64,000 nt of DNA from an uncultured virus (IMG/VR IMGVR_UViG_3300025261_000058) (IMGVR_UViG_3300025261_000058), one strand, 5' to 3'. Positions 18,825 through 28,811 are shown, counted from the stretch's first letter. Program-made: numbers and translations. Notes: generated from the letters alone by a model not told the origin.

Positions 18825-20639
18825 TTATTGGTTGACGGTCACAGCGAAATCGATCGTGTGCACGGCGCCTGCGAGCTTCACAGCGATCTGGAACGGAACG
18901 GACTTTCGCGCTGCTCGATCGGCCTGGCTTTGCGATGCCACGCTCGGCTGATACACGTAGTAGCCTTTCGCGAGGTAATCGCCCTGATTCAGGGTTCCGA
19001 ATCCACCGCTATTCCAAGTACCCGGCGCAAACAGTCCATTGCTGACGTACTGCTGGCACACGCCCTCAATGACGGTCGCGAGGATGTGCATACCAGCGTC
19101 GGTCTGCGGGATCTTGGTCGTGCTGGTGTAGAGCGCGTTGAACAGGGCCGTCTGCACGTCGATGCAGAAGGCGTCCATGCCAATGATCGTGTCGATGTAC
19201 TCGCCGGACGCAACCTTGGCAGGCTCGATGATCGTCGTACCGTTGTTGTAGGCGACGAAAACGTTGCAGTTCTTGCCTTCCAGTGCCGCAATCTGCGTGG
19301 CGTTGAGCGTTTCCGCTGCGACGCCAGGCTCCTGCTTGTACATCAGCGTGATCACCGTGTTGTTGCCGGTGTAATCTACGGTCAACTGGCGACCGAGCAG
19401 CGAACTCACTGCGTAGGCGCTGTTGCTCGAGTACTGCGTGGCGGTCTTGTTGTAGCCGAGCGCTTGAAGTTGTGCGGCGATGTCGGTCGTCGTGACCGAA
19501 TTCAGCACGCCGGCTTCCTGTGTCGTGACACCGTAGAAGTGCTTGTTGGTGGTCGACTCGATGAACGCAGCGAGCGCGATGTGATCTGCGTCCGTGGCCT
19601 GTGGCACCGTCAGGCCATACCACTGTTGGCCGAACTGGTTGTCAAAGAGTGCTGCAGCTGCGACTGCCGATTCCGCAGCGGCGCCCTGAGCGACATAAGC
19701 GCCCGACGATGCAGCCGTCATGCCGAGCATGGACGAGATGTCCGTACCGGCGCCACCCGAGAGCGTAGCTCCAGAGACGGTGCCAACCGAGCCGGCGAGC
19801 GTGAACGCGTTGCCTGCAGTCCCTGCCGTCTTGTAGACAACCTGAAGGGCAGTGCCCGCCTGGTTGACTGAGTAGACGGCCTTCGACAGATTGACGTCGG
19901 TCGACTGATTCAGGAACGTGACGGCATTGGCTAGCGTCGCGCCAAGGTTTGCGCCGATCAGAATCTGGTTTCCGGTCGTCAGTGACGAGACGAACGTGAC
20001 AGCGGTACCGCCGATCGTGACAGTGGCCGCTGCGCTCGGGTTGACCGAATAGGTGACCGAACCGAACGCCGTTGGCGCCGATGCAAAGCTCAGCGTGGAC
20101 GTTGCGCCGGTCGTGCCGTCCGTGATCTGGAATTGGGCGAAGCTCGAATTCCACACGCACGTTGACCCGGGCACCGCGGCAGCGAGTGCGGTCTGGATAA
20201 GCGCGGCAATACCGTTCAGGTTAGTCGACGAGCCAAAGCTTGCCGGCGAGATTGTGTACGGCGAGCCGTTGATCGTGATCGAGAATGCTGGGGCGGTGAT
20301 TGCAGTCCATGCGGAAATAGCTTGGGCTGCAGTCGAAAGCGTGGCGCCAAACAGTTGGGCGCCGGTGGCGGTCTGCGCCCAGCGGCCGATCAGCACATTG
20401 GCCGGCTGCGGCGACTGGCCGAACCACGCCACGGCAGCGAGGTATTCTGGCGCGGTCGTGCCAAAGTCCGCGGCAACAGCCGACGTGCTCAGGTATTCGC
20501 GCATGCGTGACGCTGTGTCGATCACGGGCGACGAGCCAAGAATCAACTCGGTGTTCAGGTTCTGCGCCTGCGCTGCGTTCGGAGACAGGTTCACAGTCCC
20601 CTGAATCAGCCGGGAGATAGGCAATTGACTCGTCGTCAT
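18825..20639 (-). CDS. Tail sheath protein (DUF3383)
   Basis: DFG...PEY.AA..WF.QSP.P, KIPQTD.G, LAGAVH. Confidence 0.9.
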   Translation of the reverse strand: MTTSQLPISRLIQGTVNLSPNAAQAQNLNTELILGSSPVIDTASRMREYLSTSAVAADFGTTAPEYLAAVAWFGQSPQPANVLIGRWAQTATGAQLFGATLSTAAQAISAWTAITAPAFSITINGSPYTISPASFGSSTNLNGIAALIQTALAAAVPGSTCVWNSSFAQFQITDGTTGATSTLSFASAPTAFGSVTYSVNPSAAATVTIGGTAVTFVSSLTTGNQILIGANLGATLANAVTFLNQSTDVNLSKAVYSVNQAGTALQVVYKTAGTAGNAFTLAGSVGTVSGATLSGGAGTDISSMLGMTAASSGAYVAQGAAAESAVAAAALFDNQFGQQWYGLTVPQATDADHIALAAFIESTTNKHFYGVTTQEAGVLNSVTTTDIAAQLQALGYNKTATQYSSNSAYAVSSLLGRQLTVDYTGNNTVITLMYKQEPGVAAETLNATQIAALEGKNCNVFVAYNNGTTIIEPAKVASGEYIDTIIGMDAFCIDVQTALFNALYTSTTKIPQTDAGMHILATVIEGVCQQYVSNGLFAPGTWNSGGFGTLNQGDYLAKGYYVYQPSVASQSQADRAARKSVPFQIAVKLAGAVHTIDFAVTVNQ

Positions 20640-20654
20640 TGTCGGTTCCTAGAA

Positions 20655-20682
20655 ATAGAAAAGCCCGCAGTTAGGCGGGCTC
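20655..20682 (-). terminator. Intrinsic terminator
   Basis: AGCCCGC-CTAACT-GCGGGCT plus TTTCTATTT. Confidence 0.65.
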
Positions 20683-20704
20683 GGAAAGCGTTGCTTGGGG
20701 TTTG

Positions 20705-21283
20705 TTACTGGTCGACGATGACCGACTCGGTGCGAGGATCGGAATCAACCGACGCCTGCGCGGAGAGGACGTTGAGGACTTGGTACGTGCGGACGACGCG
20801 TCGCCGGATTCGCATGCTCAGATCGAAGCGGCGAATCCATTGCTGGTTGACCAGCTCAGGCGCCGTCACCGTCGATCCGACTTCGACGAGGCCCATTTCG
20901 TACTGGTCGAGCGTCGAATTGTTTTGTGAGACGTACATCCCGTCGCGGGCCTGCGCTGCGTTGCTCAGCGCGTTCAGACCGTAGAAGCTGCACAGGACAG
21001 TGATGATCTCGTGGCGAATGAACGTTTCAGACAGGCCGTCCGTGTGCATCTGCTCATAGGAGTTGGCGTCATGCTCGATGCCAGTGACGCCGACGGCGCA
21101 CCAGTTGGTCGCGGGGTCCGGTTGCTTCGGTACGGTCGGCTGCCAGCGAGGGCGAACCATGTTTCCGGGAAGACCGGTAATACCGACGATCAGTTGCTGA
21201 AAGATTGAATCGAGGTCGGCGTCTTCGGTCGGAGGCGTTCCGGTAGGCTGCAGATATCCTGCGACAGTTGAATCGTTAGCCAC
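20705..21283 (-). CDS. Neck/tail terminator protein
   Basis: VRPRWQ...P motif; synteny. Confidence 0.7.
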   Translation of the reverse strand: MANDSTVAGYLQPTGTPPTEDADLDSIFQQLIVGITGLPGNMVRPRWQPTVPKQPDPATNWCAVGVTGIEHDANSYEQMHTDGLSETFIRHEIITVLCSFYGLNALSNAAQARDGMYVSQNNSTLDQYEMGLVEVGSTVTAPELVNQQWIRRFDLSMRIRRRVVRTYQVLNVLSAQASVDSDPRTESVIVDQ

Positions 21284-21656
21284 TTGACCCTCCATATAAG
21301 GGGATCAGTTCGCAGTTCGCTGCAGTAAAGCCGATGCCGAAGCGGGACCAGTCGCCCACGTTAGTCACGGTGTATCGGCGACCATTCCACGTCACGATGT
21401 CGGCATCGAGCCCATCGCTGCCAGCCTGCAACAGGAACTGGCTGTGTACGGTAATGGAACCATTGATACGCGATCCTTCCGCGAGACGCATCAGCAGGTC
21501 ACCGGTATTGTTCGTGACCACGCCATAGAAGGGAGTCGAGTTCTGCGCGTCGACCGCTATGCCGTCATTGCCTACCGTCTGCGTGTTACGCGTGCAGACG
21601 AGCGAATCCACGAAATCCGGATCCAGCAGGATTTCGGCGACGTCTAACAGGGGCAT
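21276..21656 (-). CDS. Head-tail adaptor/stopper
   Basis: LDV..IL.DPDF, D.V.W.G..Y.V. Confidence 0.7.
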   Translation of the reverse strand: MPLLDVAEILLDPDFVDSLVCTRNTQTVGNDGIAVDAQNSTPFYGVVTNNTGDLLMRLAEGSRINGSITVHSQFLLQAGSDGLDADIVTWNGRRYTVTNVGDWSRFGIGFTAANCELIPLYGGSSG

Positions 21657-22222
21657 TATTTTTTCTCGCGGACGACGTAGGTTATGGCGTTTCTAAGCGA
21701 CCCTGTGTTGACCAGTGCAACGATGCCGGCGGAGTTCTGCGCCTGCGCCGGATCGGTGCCACTCGCAACATCTTCCAGATACGCCTTCTCATCTGGCCGC
21801 ATGCTCTTCGTCTGCCTGCTGCGGTTCCGGTTGCGGATAGTTTCCGGCGAGAGCGCTGGTGGGATGTTAGAGCCGATCTTTCTCTTCGCTGATTGGGAGG
21901 CGACCATGCCTGCGCTGCTCATCTGCCGCTCAGCGACTGACAGATTGCCGCTTAGCGCGGCGTCTGCAGCTTTGCCAAGGCGATCGGCACATTCTGACTG
22001 TACATCCTGAACGCCTGGAACAAGGAACGGGCGGGCGGGCACGTTGTGCGCCGGAGACCCGGTCTCCATAACGTACCCGATCTGTGCATTGGTGATAGGC
22101 GTATCGGTGCGCTCGGGCGCGCTATCGGGGATACCAACCAGCACATCCTTACCCTTCAACTTGTTGATGGCGTCGATGATTGCCTTCATGTTGTCGGCCG
22201 TCATCGTTGCGCCAGATTTCAT
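21656..22222 (-). CDS. Neck protein (HK97 gp10-like)
   Basis: VLVGIP, NA.IG...E.G.P..N.PARPFL, L.NTG.LR.AITY. Confidence 0.75.
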   Translation of the reverse strand: MKSGATMTADNMKAIIDAINKLKGKDVLVGIPDSAPERTDTPITNAQIGYVMETGSPAHNVPARPFLVPGVQDVQSECADRLGKAADAALSGNLSVAERQMSSAGMVASQSAKRKIGSNIPPALSPETIRNRNRSRQTKSMRPDEKAYLEDVASGTDPAQAQNSAGIVALVNTGSLRNAITYVVREKK

Positions 22223-22228
22223 GTTGCC

Positions 22229-22624
22229 TCAACAGTTGATTTGCAGCCCACCGGCGCCCATCATGCGGGCCAGCGTCAGGTACCGCACGCCATAGGACGT
22301 AAGGTTCCAGAATCCGCCGCCGTCGATGGTTGCGGCGGACGTGTCGTAACTGACACTGACTTTGTCGACTGACTTCGACGCGGTTGGCCCTGTCATTACG
22401 CCCGGAGCGCCGCCAGCCGCTGCTGCGGTCTCGTCTCGCACCGACAGCACAAGGTGATGGGCTGTGACGAGCTCAATTCCGATGTTGGTCAACTCTACCC
22501 ATCGATCAGCGTTGACCAGCGATGCCGCCACCGTCAGCCACGTTTGAATCAACGAGTCCGGATAACGAGTCGGGTCGTTGAATTCGGGGAAGTCCGATCG
22601 TAGCTGAGCAGGTGTGACGGTCAT
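22229..22624 (-). CDS. Head-tail connector (DUF4054)
   Basis: R..FPEF...YPD, AH.L, W..T.YG. Confidence 0.8.
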   Translation of the reverse strand: MTVTPAQLRSDFPEFNDPTRYPDSLIQTWLTVAASLVNADRWVELTNIGIELVTAHHLVLSVRDETAAAAGGAPGVMTGPTASKSVDKVSVSYDTSAATIDGGGFWNLTSYGVRYLTLARMMGAGGLQINC

Positions 22625-22809
22625 GGTTTCGCAGTACGTCCGGGTTTGCGTTTTTCTTCTGCCGCGACTTCAGATGCGGCTTCGTCGCTATGCAGCACTA
22701 CCCACCAGTGGTTCTCATACTCGGCGGGGATGTCCTGCCCGGCCACAAATGACAGCGGCCGGCAGTCGTCGCGGGTCAGGGTGAAATCCTGATTGGCGAT
22801 GCGGGTCAT
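22621..22809 (-). CDS. Small phage head-associated protein
   Basis: F.AG..IP....HWWV..H; follows capsid gene. Confidence 0.6.
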   Translation of the reverse strand: MTRIANQDFTLTRDDCRPLSFVAGQDIPAEYENHWWVVLHSDEAASEVAAEEKRKPGRTAKP

Positions 22810-22866
22810 ATTATGCTCCGGTAATCAGCCGGGAGAAGTCAACTGGTAACAACTCCCGGCGTCCGC

Positions 22867-23934
22867 TTAGATGCCGTCGCGGTAGCTGACCGTAGTCGAA
22901 TAACGAAACTCGACCTGACCGAAACGCGCCCAGTACGTCGTGATCTGGTAGAGCGAGCGGTATTCCAACGGCGTGCGTTGCAATTCGGTCATCGGGTACT
23001 GGACATACTTCTTGTCCTTGTTATACGCGACCATGCGGTCAACCGTGCCCAACGTGCCCGGCGTGCCGCCCACGCCTGCACCGATCAGCCACTTGAGCGG
23101 GAGGATTTCCAGCTTCGTGCCCGACTTCGTGCAGATGTTGTTCTCGAGCAGGTAGGTCAGGATCGAGTAGTTCGCCGCGGTGTTGACCATCGTCGACGCA
23201 AGGTAGCCATACTGCGCCGGCGGAATCATCAGGCGGTTCGGCATCACCTTCCAGCCGGCATTCGCCCAGGTCGTCGTCAGGATCTCGTTGACGTCCGCGA
23301 GAATCTGCGCAGGCGTCTTCGTGGTCCATGCCGTGCCAGAGCCAGTGCCGACAGCGGGAACGTTCGACGGCGTAATTACGCTCGTCGCATTCACCAGGCC
23401 GGCAGTGCCGATAGTGGGATCGCCAAAATAGACCAGATTGTCCAAGTCCATGTTGCGCTTCAGGTTCATTGCTTCAACCTTCTGCGCGTCGACCGGCTGA
23501 CCTAGCGCCTGCGCCTTCACCAGTTCGGGAACTGTATATTTGACTTCGGCACCCCACAGACGAACCTGTTGAGCGGTCTTGCCGATGTCGAGCGACGGGC
23601 CAGCGATTGCGTTGCCCTCGTTTGAAATCCAGTTGATGCCGCCCGGCGTCATGCCGCCAGCCATCGCGAACGCCGAGTTCGTGAACGACGCGATTTCATC
23701 AGCCGGGGAGACGTCGGTGCGAATGTCGATGTCGCGCGACCAGGTGAATTCGACCAGCGGCTCGTTGAGCGTTTGATCCAGACGTTCGAGCTGGCCGACG
23801 AGGAATGCGCCGGTCGAGTCGATCGTCATCTGATCGTAGGTCATCATGCCATCGGTCGTGAAGTGGCGAGCGAACTTGCGCGACGCTTCAGCGATTTCCC
23901 GGCGCTTGAGGAATTTTTGAACAGACATGTCCAT
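22867..23934 (-). CDS. Major capsid protein (DUF2184)
   Basis: FL..QLE.LD....EPL....W.RDI; synteny. Confidence 0.9.
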   Translation of the reverse strand: MDMSVQKFLKRREIAEASRKFARHFTTDGMMTYDQMTIDSTGAFLVGQLERLDQTLNEPLVEFTWSRDIDIRTDVSPADEIASFTNSAFAMAGGMTPGGINWISNEGNAIAGPSLDIGKTAQQVRLWGAEVKYTVPELVKAQALGQPVDAQKVEAMNLKRNMDLDNLVYFGDPTIGTAGLVNATSVITPSNVPAVGTGSGTAWTTKTPAQILADVNEILTTTWANAGWKVMPNRLMIPPAQYGYLASTMVNTAANYSILTYLLENNICTKSGTKLEILPLKWLIGAGVGGTPGTLGTVDRMVAYNKDKKYVQYPMTELQRTPLEYRSLYQITTYWARFGQVEFRYSTTVSYRDGI

Positions 23935-23952
23935 TGTTTTGTTGCTCCAGAA

Positions 23953-23978
23953 ACGAAAAAACCCGCCGGAGCGGGTCT
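23953..23978 (-). terminator. Intrinsic terminator/attenuator
   Basis: ACCCGC-TCCG-GCGGGT plus T tract. Confidence 0.6.
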
Positions 23979-24009
23979 GTAAGCGGATGCGCGGTTAAGC
24001 GCCGGGGAT

Positions 24010-24516
24010 TCAGATGTTGAACGCGATTTCCGTAATCCCGTATGCATCGGCGGGACCGGTGAAGTAGGTGTTGCTCGGCAGCGCGACAGTGTTCGTGCTG
24101 TCGGCGGCAGCCTCGAAGCCACCGAGCGGCTTGCCCGCCGCAGCGCCAGCAACGCGCACGTAGACGGTGCCGCCCTTGGCCGCGGCAGCGACACCGCCCA
24201 GCGAGACCATCACGTAGCCGCGCTTGAGGATGTCCGTCACGCCAGACGTCGGCGGCGTCGACGTGCCGAGCGGGTCAGTGCCGTTGCCTTGAATCGGGTA
24301 GGGGCGCAGATTGATGCCGTACACCAGGGCAGCGGTATCGGCCGAGTTGTTGATCGGCTGCACCTTGCCCGACACCAGTTTGACCGGCACACCGAACAAA
24401 GCAGGCGGCGTTGCCGAGTCGATCAGTTGCGTTTCGATCGTGGCGACTTCAGCGCGTTGGAGGTCACCGGCGAAACCAGCCGGCATGCGGAATTGATAAG
24501 CTTGCAACGAGGGCAT
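24010..24516 (-). CDS. Capsid cement/decoration protein
   Basis: RMP.G..GD, ..RGY..V, GG.VYVR. Confidence 0.75.
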   Translation of the reverse strand: MPSLQAYQFRMPAGFAGDLQRAEVATIETQLIDSATPPALFGVPVKLVSGKVQPINNSADTAALVYGINLRPYPIQGNGTDPLGTSTPPTSGVTDILKRGYVMVSLGGVAAAAKGGTVYVRVAGAAAGKPLGGFEAAADSTNTVALPSNTYFTGPADAYGITEIAFNI

Positions 24517-24525
24517 GTCGGCTCC

Positions 24526-25956
24526 TTACTTACGTTTCGACCAAAATTCGTCGTGGATCTGATTGATGTCTTTTGCTTCTGCCGCTGCGTCGGTGGTCTT
24601 ACGCGCGACGGTCATGTTCTTGCGCTTGACGAGTTCCGATGCTGCGTGGAATGCCATCTTGGCTGCGGCGCAATCCATCTTGGACACGTCGGCGTCACCG
24701 GTGATGGCTCGCACGAGATCGGCGTTATCGTTTGTCAGCGCTGCACGCAGGGCGCGGCGACGCAGAACGCAAATCGAGTCCGCGGTCTTCTTGCCGTCCG
24801 CCTTGGCGTCGAACGTTGGCAACTTCACGCCCGGGGCGAGGATTTCGGCGCGGGCCTTGGCGTCCTGGAACTCGTCGCGGAACGAAGCTGAATCGTTGGT
24901 CGACTTCTTCTCGTCGTCCTTCTTTTCCTCTTCTTCGTCCGAATCGTTTGTTTCCTCGGACTCTTCCATTTCTTCGGCTTCGTCTTTGGTTTCCTCGTCC
25001 TTCTTCTCTTCTTCAGAGTCGTTGGTCGGGCCAGCTTCGAGCTTCGAAACCCGCTCGCCGATTGCTGCAACGGACTCGGCGACAGCCTTGATCGCGTCCA
25101 TGACCTGAGCCATCGGATCAGCTTCGGACTCGTCGTCCTTCGTTTCTTCCGCTGCGTCGGCCTTTTCGGCGCCGGGCATGTGAATGTGGATGGCGGGGAC
25201 GTTGCCAGCCGCGCCGTCTTCGTCTTTGACTTCCTCAGACAACGCTTTTTCGAAGGCTTCCGAATCGCGCGTCATGAAGAGCTTGCGCAGCTTGTCCTTG
25301 AGGGATTCAGCGCCTTTCTTCGTTGCCATTAATGGATCTCCAATGGAGGTTGGTAGTGAGTCCTGCACGGAGCAGGCTTCGCCGCAGCGGGCCGAGCCCG
25401 CCAGCAGCGCAACGTGGTTGCCCACGATGTCCGTTTGCCGAGCACGTCCCGGCGCGATCTGCAGATATCCCGCGTCGTACCCGCAGGAGATTTCTTTGAG
25501 CCGCTTGGTCTGCACGTCATGAATGGCGCCCTTGTCTTGAATCAGGAGGTCAGCCATCAAGAAGTCACTCATTTCGCCGTCGCCGCGGCGCACGTTGTGG
25601 ACGGACCCTTTGGCGTAGACGATCCAGTTATCTGGCGTGACTGGCTCGCGCGGGTGCTCGATCGTTACCGGTGCGCCTTCGAACGATGCGATGGCCTCTG
25701 GATTGAACACCTCATCCTCGGTTCGCTCGACTTCAATCACGCCGTCCTTATCTTCGATATCCGGAAGTTCGGTCGCGGCGTAGTCTTGGACGCCGATGCG
25801 AGCGATCGGCACGTCCTGACAGAGAAGGGCGCCACTGGCCAGCAGCGACTGCTTCGGGCCGATCTGCTCAGTAGCGAGCATGCCGCTGGCCGTGATTGCA
25901 TCTTTCGTCGGCGCGCGCTTGCTCACGCACGCTTTGCATTCGCAGGCATTGGACAT
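24526..25956 (-). CDS. Prohead protease/scaffold (DUF2213)
   Basis: SFEG.PVT..HP, E.SCGYD, NHVAL....RCG; acidic C-terminal half. Confidence 0.88.
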   Translation of the reverse strand: MSNACECKACVSKRAPTKDAITASGMLATEQIGPKQSLLASGALLCQDVPIARIGVQDYAATELPDIEDKDGVIEVERTEDEVFNPEAIASFEGAPVTIEHPREPVTPDNWIVYAKGSVHNVRRGDGEMSDFLMADLLIQDKGAIHDVQTKRLKEISCGYDAGYLQIAPGRARQTDIVGNHVALLAGSARCGEACSVQDSLPTSIGDPLMATKKGAESLKDKLRKLFMTRDSEAFEKALSEEVKDEDGAAGNVPAIHIHMPGAEKADAAEETKDDESEADPMAQVMDAIKAVAESVAAIGERVSKLEAGPTNDSEEEKKDEETKDEAEEMEESEETNDSDEEEEKKDDEKKSTNDSASFRDEFQDAKARAEILAPGVKLPTFDAKADGKKTADSICVLRRRALRAALTNDNADLVRAITGDADVSKMDCAAAKMAFHAASELVKRKNMTVARKTTDAAAEAKDINQIHDEFWSKRK

Positions 25957-26015
25957 ATAAGGAACGTAGGGAGACCCGCGCGGAGCGGGCTAAGTGATTG
26001 TTCAGACGCGGAATT

Positions 26016-26043
26016 TTGCGTTTATGGCAACTGGGTCTATAAT
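26016..26043 (+). promoter_or_regulatory. Sigma70 promoter opposite to the head operon
   Basis: TTGCGT-16bp-TATAAT. Confidence 0.65.
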
Positions 26044-26050
26044 TGATTTT

Positions 26051-26123
26051 GAGACCCCGGACGTTCAAACCATCCCGCCCTGGCAGCGTGTGAGGTACGT
26101 TACTTAAACGGCGGTCTCTTTTT
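26051..26123 (+). ncRNA. Candidate ~70-nt hairpin sRNA
   Basis: Starts 8 nt after TATAAT; GAGACC/GGTCTC closing stem followed by T5; no ORF. Confidence 0.5.
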
Positions 26124-26616
26124 ATTTCACGATGCCGTGGTCGTAATAGCGGCGCCCGTCTGAATACCGCTTCACAGTCAGGATTGCGTTGTGATGCTGT
26201 CCGTCAATCTCGATCGGAGCGTGATACGTCTCCACAGACAGAACGTTGACATCGCCACGCTTGTCTGATGCCGTTGCAATCAACTTCGCGTTCTCAAGCA
26301 GGGAAGGTATGGCCGGGACCGTCCTGACTAAGGTGTCGGATGCTCCAGACAGCGTGTGCTTGACGCCCTTCCTGGTCACCTCAATTTCATTGCCAGTAGC
26401 TCGGTTGCTGAACGACTTTCCGATAAAGCGATCGGCATGTTCCAAGGCTTTCTGCCGAAGTTCCTTCATGCTCGTGTAGTCACCGAGCTCGTCGCCTTTC
26501 AGTGCTACAGCGCCACCACCACCCGCTCCGAATTGCCCATTCTCCTTACGCGGATGGTTTTGTTCCTCCCACTTCGCGTCGTGAACGTGGAGGTAAATAT
26601 GAAGCGCTTGGGGCAT
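26122..26616 (-). CDS. LPD3/BECR-fold-like polyvalent-protein domain with N-terminal HPR..G.F motif
   Basis: W.E..HPR..NGQF then N..TG..I.V...G..H...LL..A...Y...I.I.G......TVK....G..YYDH. Confidence 0.65.
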   Translation of the reverse strand: MPQALHIYLHVHDAKWEEQNHPRKENGQFGAGGGGAVALKGDELGDYTSMKELRQKALEHADRFIGKSFSNRATGNEIEVTRKGVKHTLSGASDTLVRTVPAIPSLLENAKLIATASDKRGDVNVLSVETYHAPIEIDGQHHNAILTVKRYSDGRRYYDHGIVK

Positions 26617-27363
26617 CTAGTCAGGGATGATGGGTTCGGCATAGCATCGGCAATTCCAGATACATCCAGGGTGCGCACGCTCGCCAGATCGCTCATCGGC
26701 GACGGGCGGGTTGTTCCACTGGAAAATCTTGCCGTTGAGCGCACGGTGATCGCTGCGTACGGTCGAATCGCCGCTGGTGCGCCAGATGTACGAATCGGCG
26801 CCTATGTGTTCGGCGCGAGCCTGGGTCAGAGTGGCCGCGGTCCTCGCGGTCTCTGTGCGTGCAATCAATACAGCGCGAGAGGTGGTGACTTCCTCAGTGC
26901 GCAGAATCTCTTTCGCGATCTCGCTGGCCCGTGTGCTGTTCTCGACACCCTCAAGAGTGAGCCGATGCACCCGCTGCGCCGCCTCAAGCGGAATGCTCTG
27001 GATGAGCGTTACCTGCTCGGCCAGCAGCTGCTGCATCACGCGGCCGGTCGGCGCATTGCGGATTTCTTCGCGAAGGCCGCGGGACAGATCCTTGGCCATC
27101 GTCGCCCACGCCTGTTCGTCACGTAGCGCGACGTCCATCAGCATGTCGCTTGCGGTTTGCGTCGCCCAGCCTCTGAGCATGTCCGAGTAGGCTTTGAGCA
27201 ACTGCTCGATGGTCGGGACCGCACTCATGTCGCCGGGAGTGAACGGCGACACAATGGAACCGACCTGCTGCGCGACCTTGCGAAGTTGCAGGGCATAGCG
27301 TTGCTCGGCGCGGCCCGTCTTGACCGGGTTGCGGCTGCGCTTGCGGTCAAGGGTGAGGGTCAT
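26617..27363 (-). CDS. MuF/SPP1 gp7-like head morphogenesis protein
   Basis: RA.LIARTET, Y.W.T.GD..VR..H..L.G..F.W, HPG...NCRC. Confidence 0.92.
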   Translation of the reverse strand: MTLTLDRKRSRNPVKTGRAEQRYALQLRKVAQQVGSIVSPFTPGDMSAVPTIEQLLKAYSDMLRGWATQTASDMLMDVALRDEQAWATMAKDLSRGLREEIRNAPTGRVMQQLLAEQVTLIQSIPLEAAQRVHRLTLEGVENSTRASEIAKEILRTEEVTTSRAVLIARTETARTAATLTQARAEHIGADSYIWRTSGDSTVRSDHRALNGKIFQWNNPPVADERSGERAHPGCIWNCRCYAEPIIPD

Positions 27364-28811
27364 TTCTTTTTACGCAGGCGTTTGAGCCACGATACAGCGC
27401 TGCCCGAATCGCCAGTCAGATTCGACACGTCAGGTAAGTCCATCTCACCAGGTGGCGGGGCGTTCTTTTCCTGTTCTTCGGCTTCGTTGATCGCGTCGTC
27501 AGAAATTGAGCCAAACATGCCAGTGTTCGGAGCAGATGCTTTCAGCTCCTTCATACCGCCACTGACGGTCAAAAGATTCGCATCGACGGCAGCCGTAACA
27601 GCATCCACGGTCGACTTGGCGATCTCTGACTTTTCCTTCTCCGACATTTCCTGAAGGTTGCGGAACTCAAACGCGAAGTCGTCGGGCAATGGCTTGCCGA
27701 GCGTCGACATTGACATGACCGACAGCAGGCGATGCAGCGGATTACGAAGGCGCCGCTCCTGGTTCTGCTTGACCTTCTCATGCCACTGCTTCATCTCGCC
27801 TTCGCCGGTTGCGTTCAGACCAGTAGGCGACTGTCCGAACAGGCGAGTGAAGGGCATCCCGAGCGCACCGCACAACTGCTGCGCGAACTGGGTGAGCATG
27901 TCGGAGAGGCCAGAGAACGCGTAGGTATGCGCTTCGAACTTGTCTTTGGCATCAACCAGCGTCATACCTTCGTTGGTCTGTGCCTCGCGTGTGTATTTGA
28001 TCTGCGCATTGAGACCAGCAAGTGCGGGGCCGCCGGCCGCGATGATGTCGCGAAGCCCGTCGATTGTCATCGTGCGCAGATGCGCCTTGTATATCAATTG
28101 GCCGGCTCCGACCGATGCGCTATCGAACGCGATCAGTCGATCCCACATCGGTTCAAGGACCGAGAGGCCCCAGCCATTCTCTGCGACGCGCTGATAGAAC
28201 GGCAGATCCATGCCGTCGAGCCGAATCACGCGCGAGTAGTGGATCTTGGCCTTGGGAATGGCCGCGTAGTCGGCGATGACGTTGTAGAAGACCGGCTTGC
28301 CCATGTCGGGGCCGAACTCTGTCACCACATCGCCAACGGGCGGCGACACCATCCAGCGGTCAAGGATAAGCAGCCCCTTGAACTGATCTTTGGCTATCGT
28401 CTCCACACGCAGCGGAGTGGCGAAGTCCTGCCCGTCGATCAGCATCACAGCGAGGCAGCCGCCGTACAGATTCGCCCACTTGCCGTCGTCACACAGCGCA
28501 TCCCAGATCGCCAGGCGCATCATGTCGCGCTCGATCATCGAAATGTCTTCCGGCTCAAGACCAGACATTTCGATGCCGCACCGGGTCATGTCTTCCGGCA
28601 TCGCATCGACGGCCGCGCGGACTACCCAAGAGCCGCGATACGCAGCCTCGAGGTTTATGCGGTTGCGGCTTTGATACGACAGCGCGTACTGCGAAGCGCT
28701 CGACTGGTTATTGGTGCCCCAGCCGAGGCTCGCCGAAGCGTTCTGGAAACTGTCCGATGTACGGACTGCCTGCACCACGCCGGCCTTCTGGTTTCGACGT
28801 GACTTGGACAT
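27360..28811 (-). CDS. Portal protein (DUF1073)
   Basis: YR.SW....VD...EDM.R, IH.SR, P.T.LFG.SP.G.NATG. Confidence 0.88.
   Translation of the reverse strand: MSKSRRNQKAGVVQAVRTSDSFQNASASLGWGTNNQSSASQYALSYQSRNRINLEAAYRGSWVVRAAVDAMPEDMTRCGIEMSGLEPEDISMIERDMMRLAIWDALCDDGKWANLYGGCLAVMLIDGQDFATPLRVETIAKDQFKGLLILDRWMVSPPVGDVVTEFGPDMGKPVFYNVIADYAAIPKAKIHYSRVIRLDGMDLPFYQRVAENGWGLSVLEPMWDRLIAFDSASVGAGQLIYKAHLRTMTIDGLRDIIAAGGPALAGLNAQIKYTREAQTNEGMTLVDAKDKFEAHTYAFSGLSDMLTQFAQQLCGALGMPFTRLFGQSPTGLNATGEGEMKQWHEKVKQNQERRLRNPLHRLLSVMSMSTLGKPLPDDFAFEFRNLQEMSEKEKSEIAKSTVDAVTAAVDANLLTVSGGMKELKASAPNTGMFGSISDDAINEAEEQEKNAPPPGEMDLPDVSNLTGDSGSAVSWLKRLRKKK

Noticed and set aside
18531..19871. Long antisense ORFs (also 27732-28802, 40067-41119)
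   Set aside because: Shadows of GC-rich genes on the other strand; no motifs or RBS
27360..28811. Anti-CBASS Acb1 label sometimes attached to DUF1073
   Set aside because: Size and position between TerL and MuF indicate a portal
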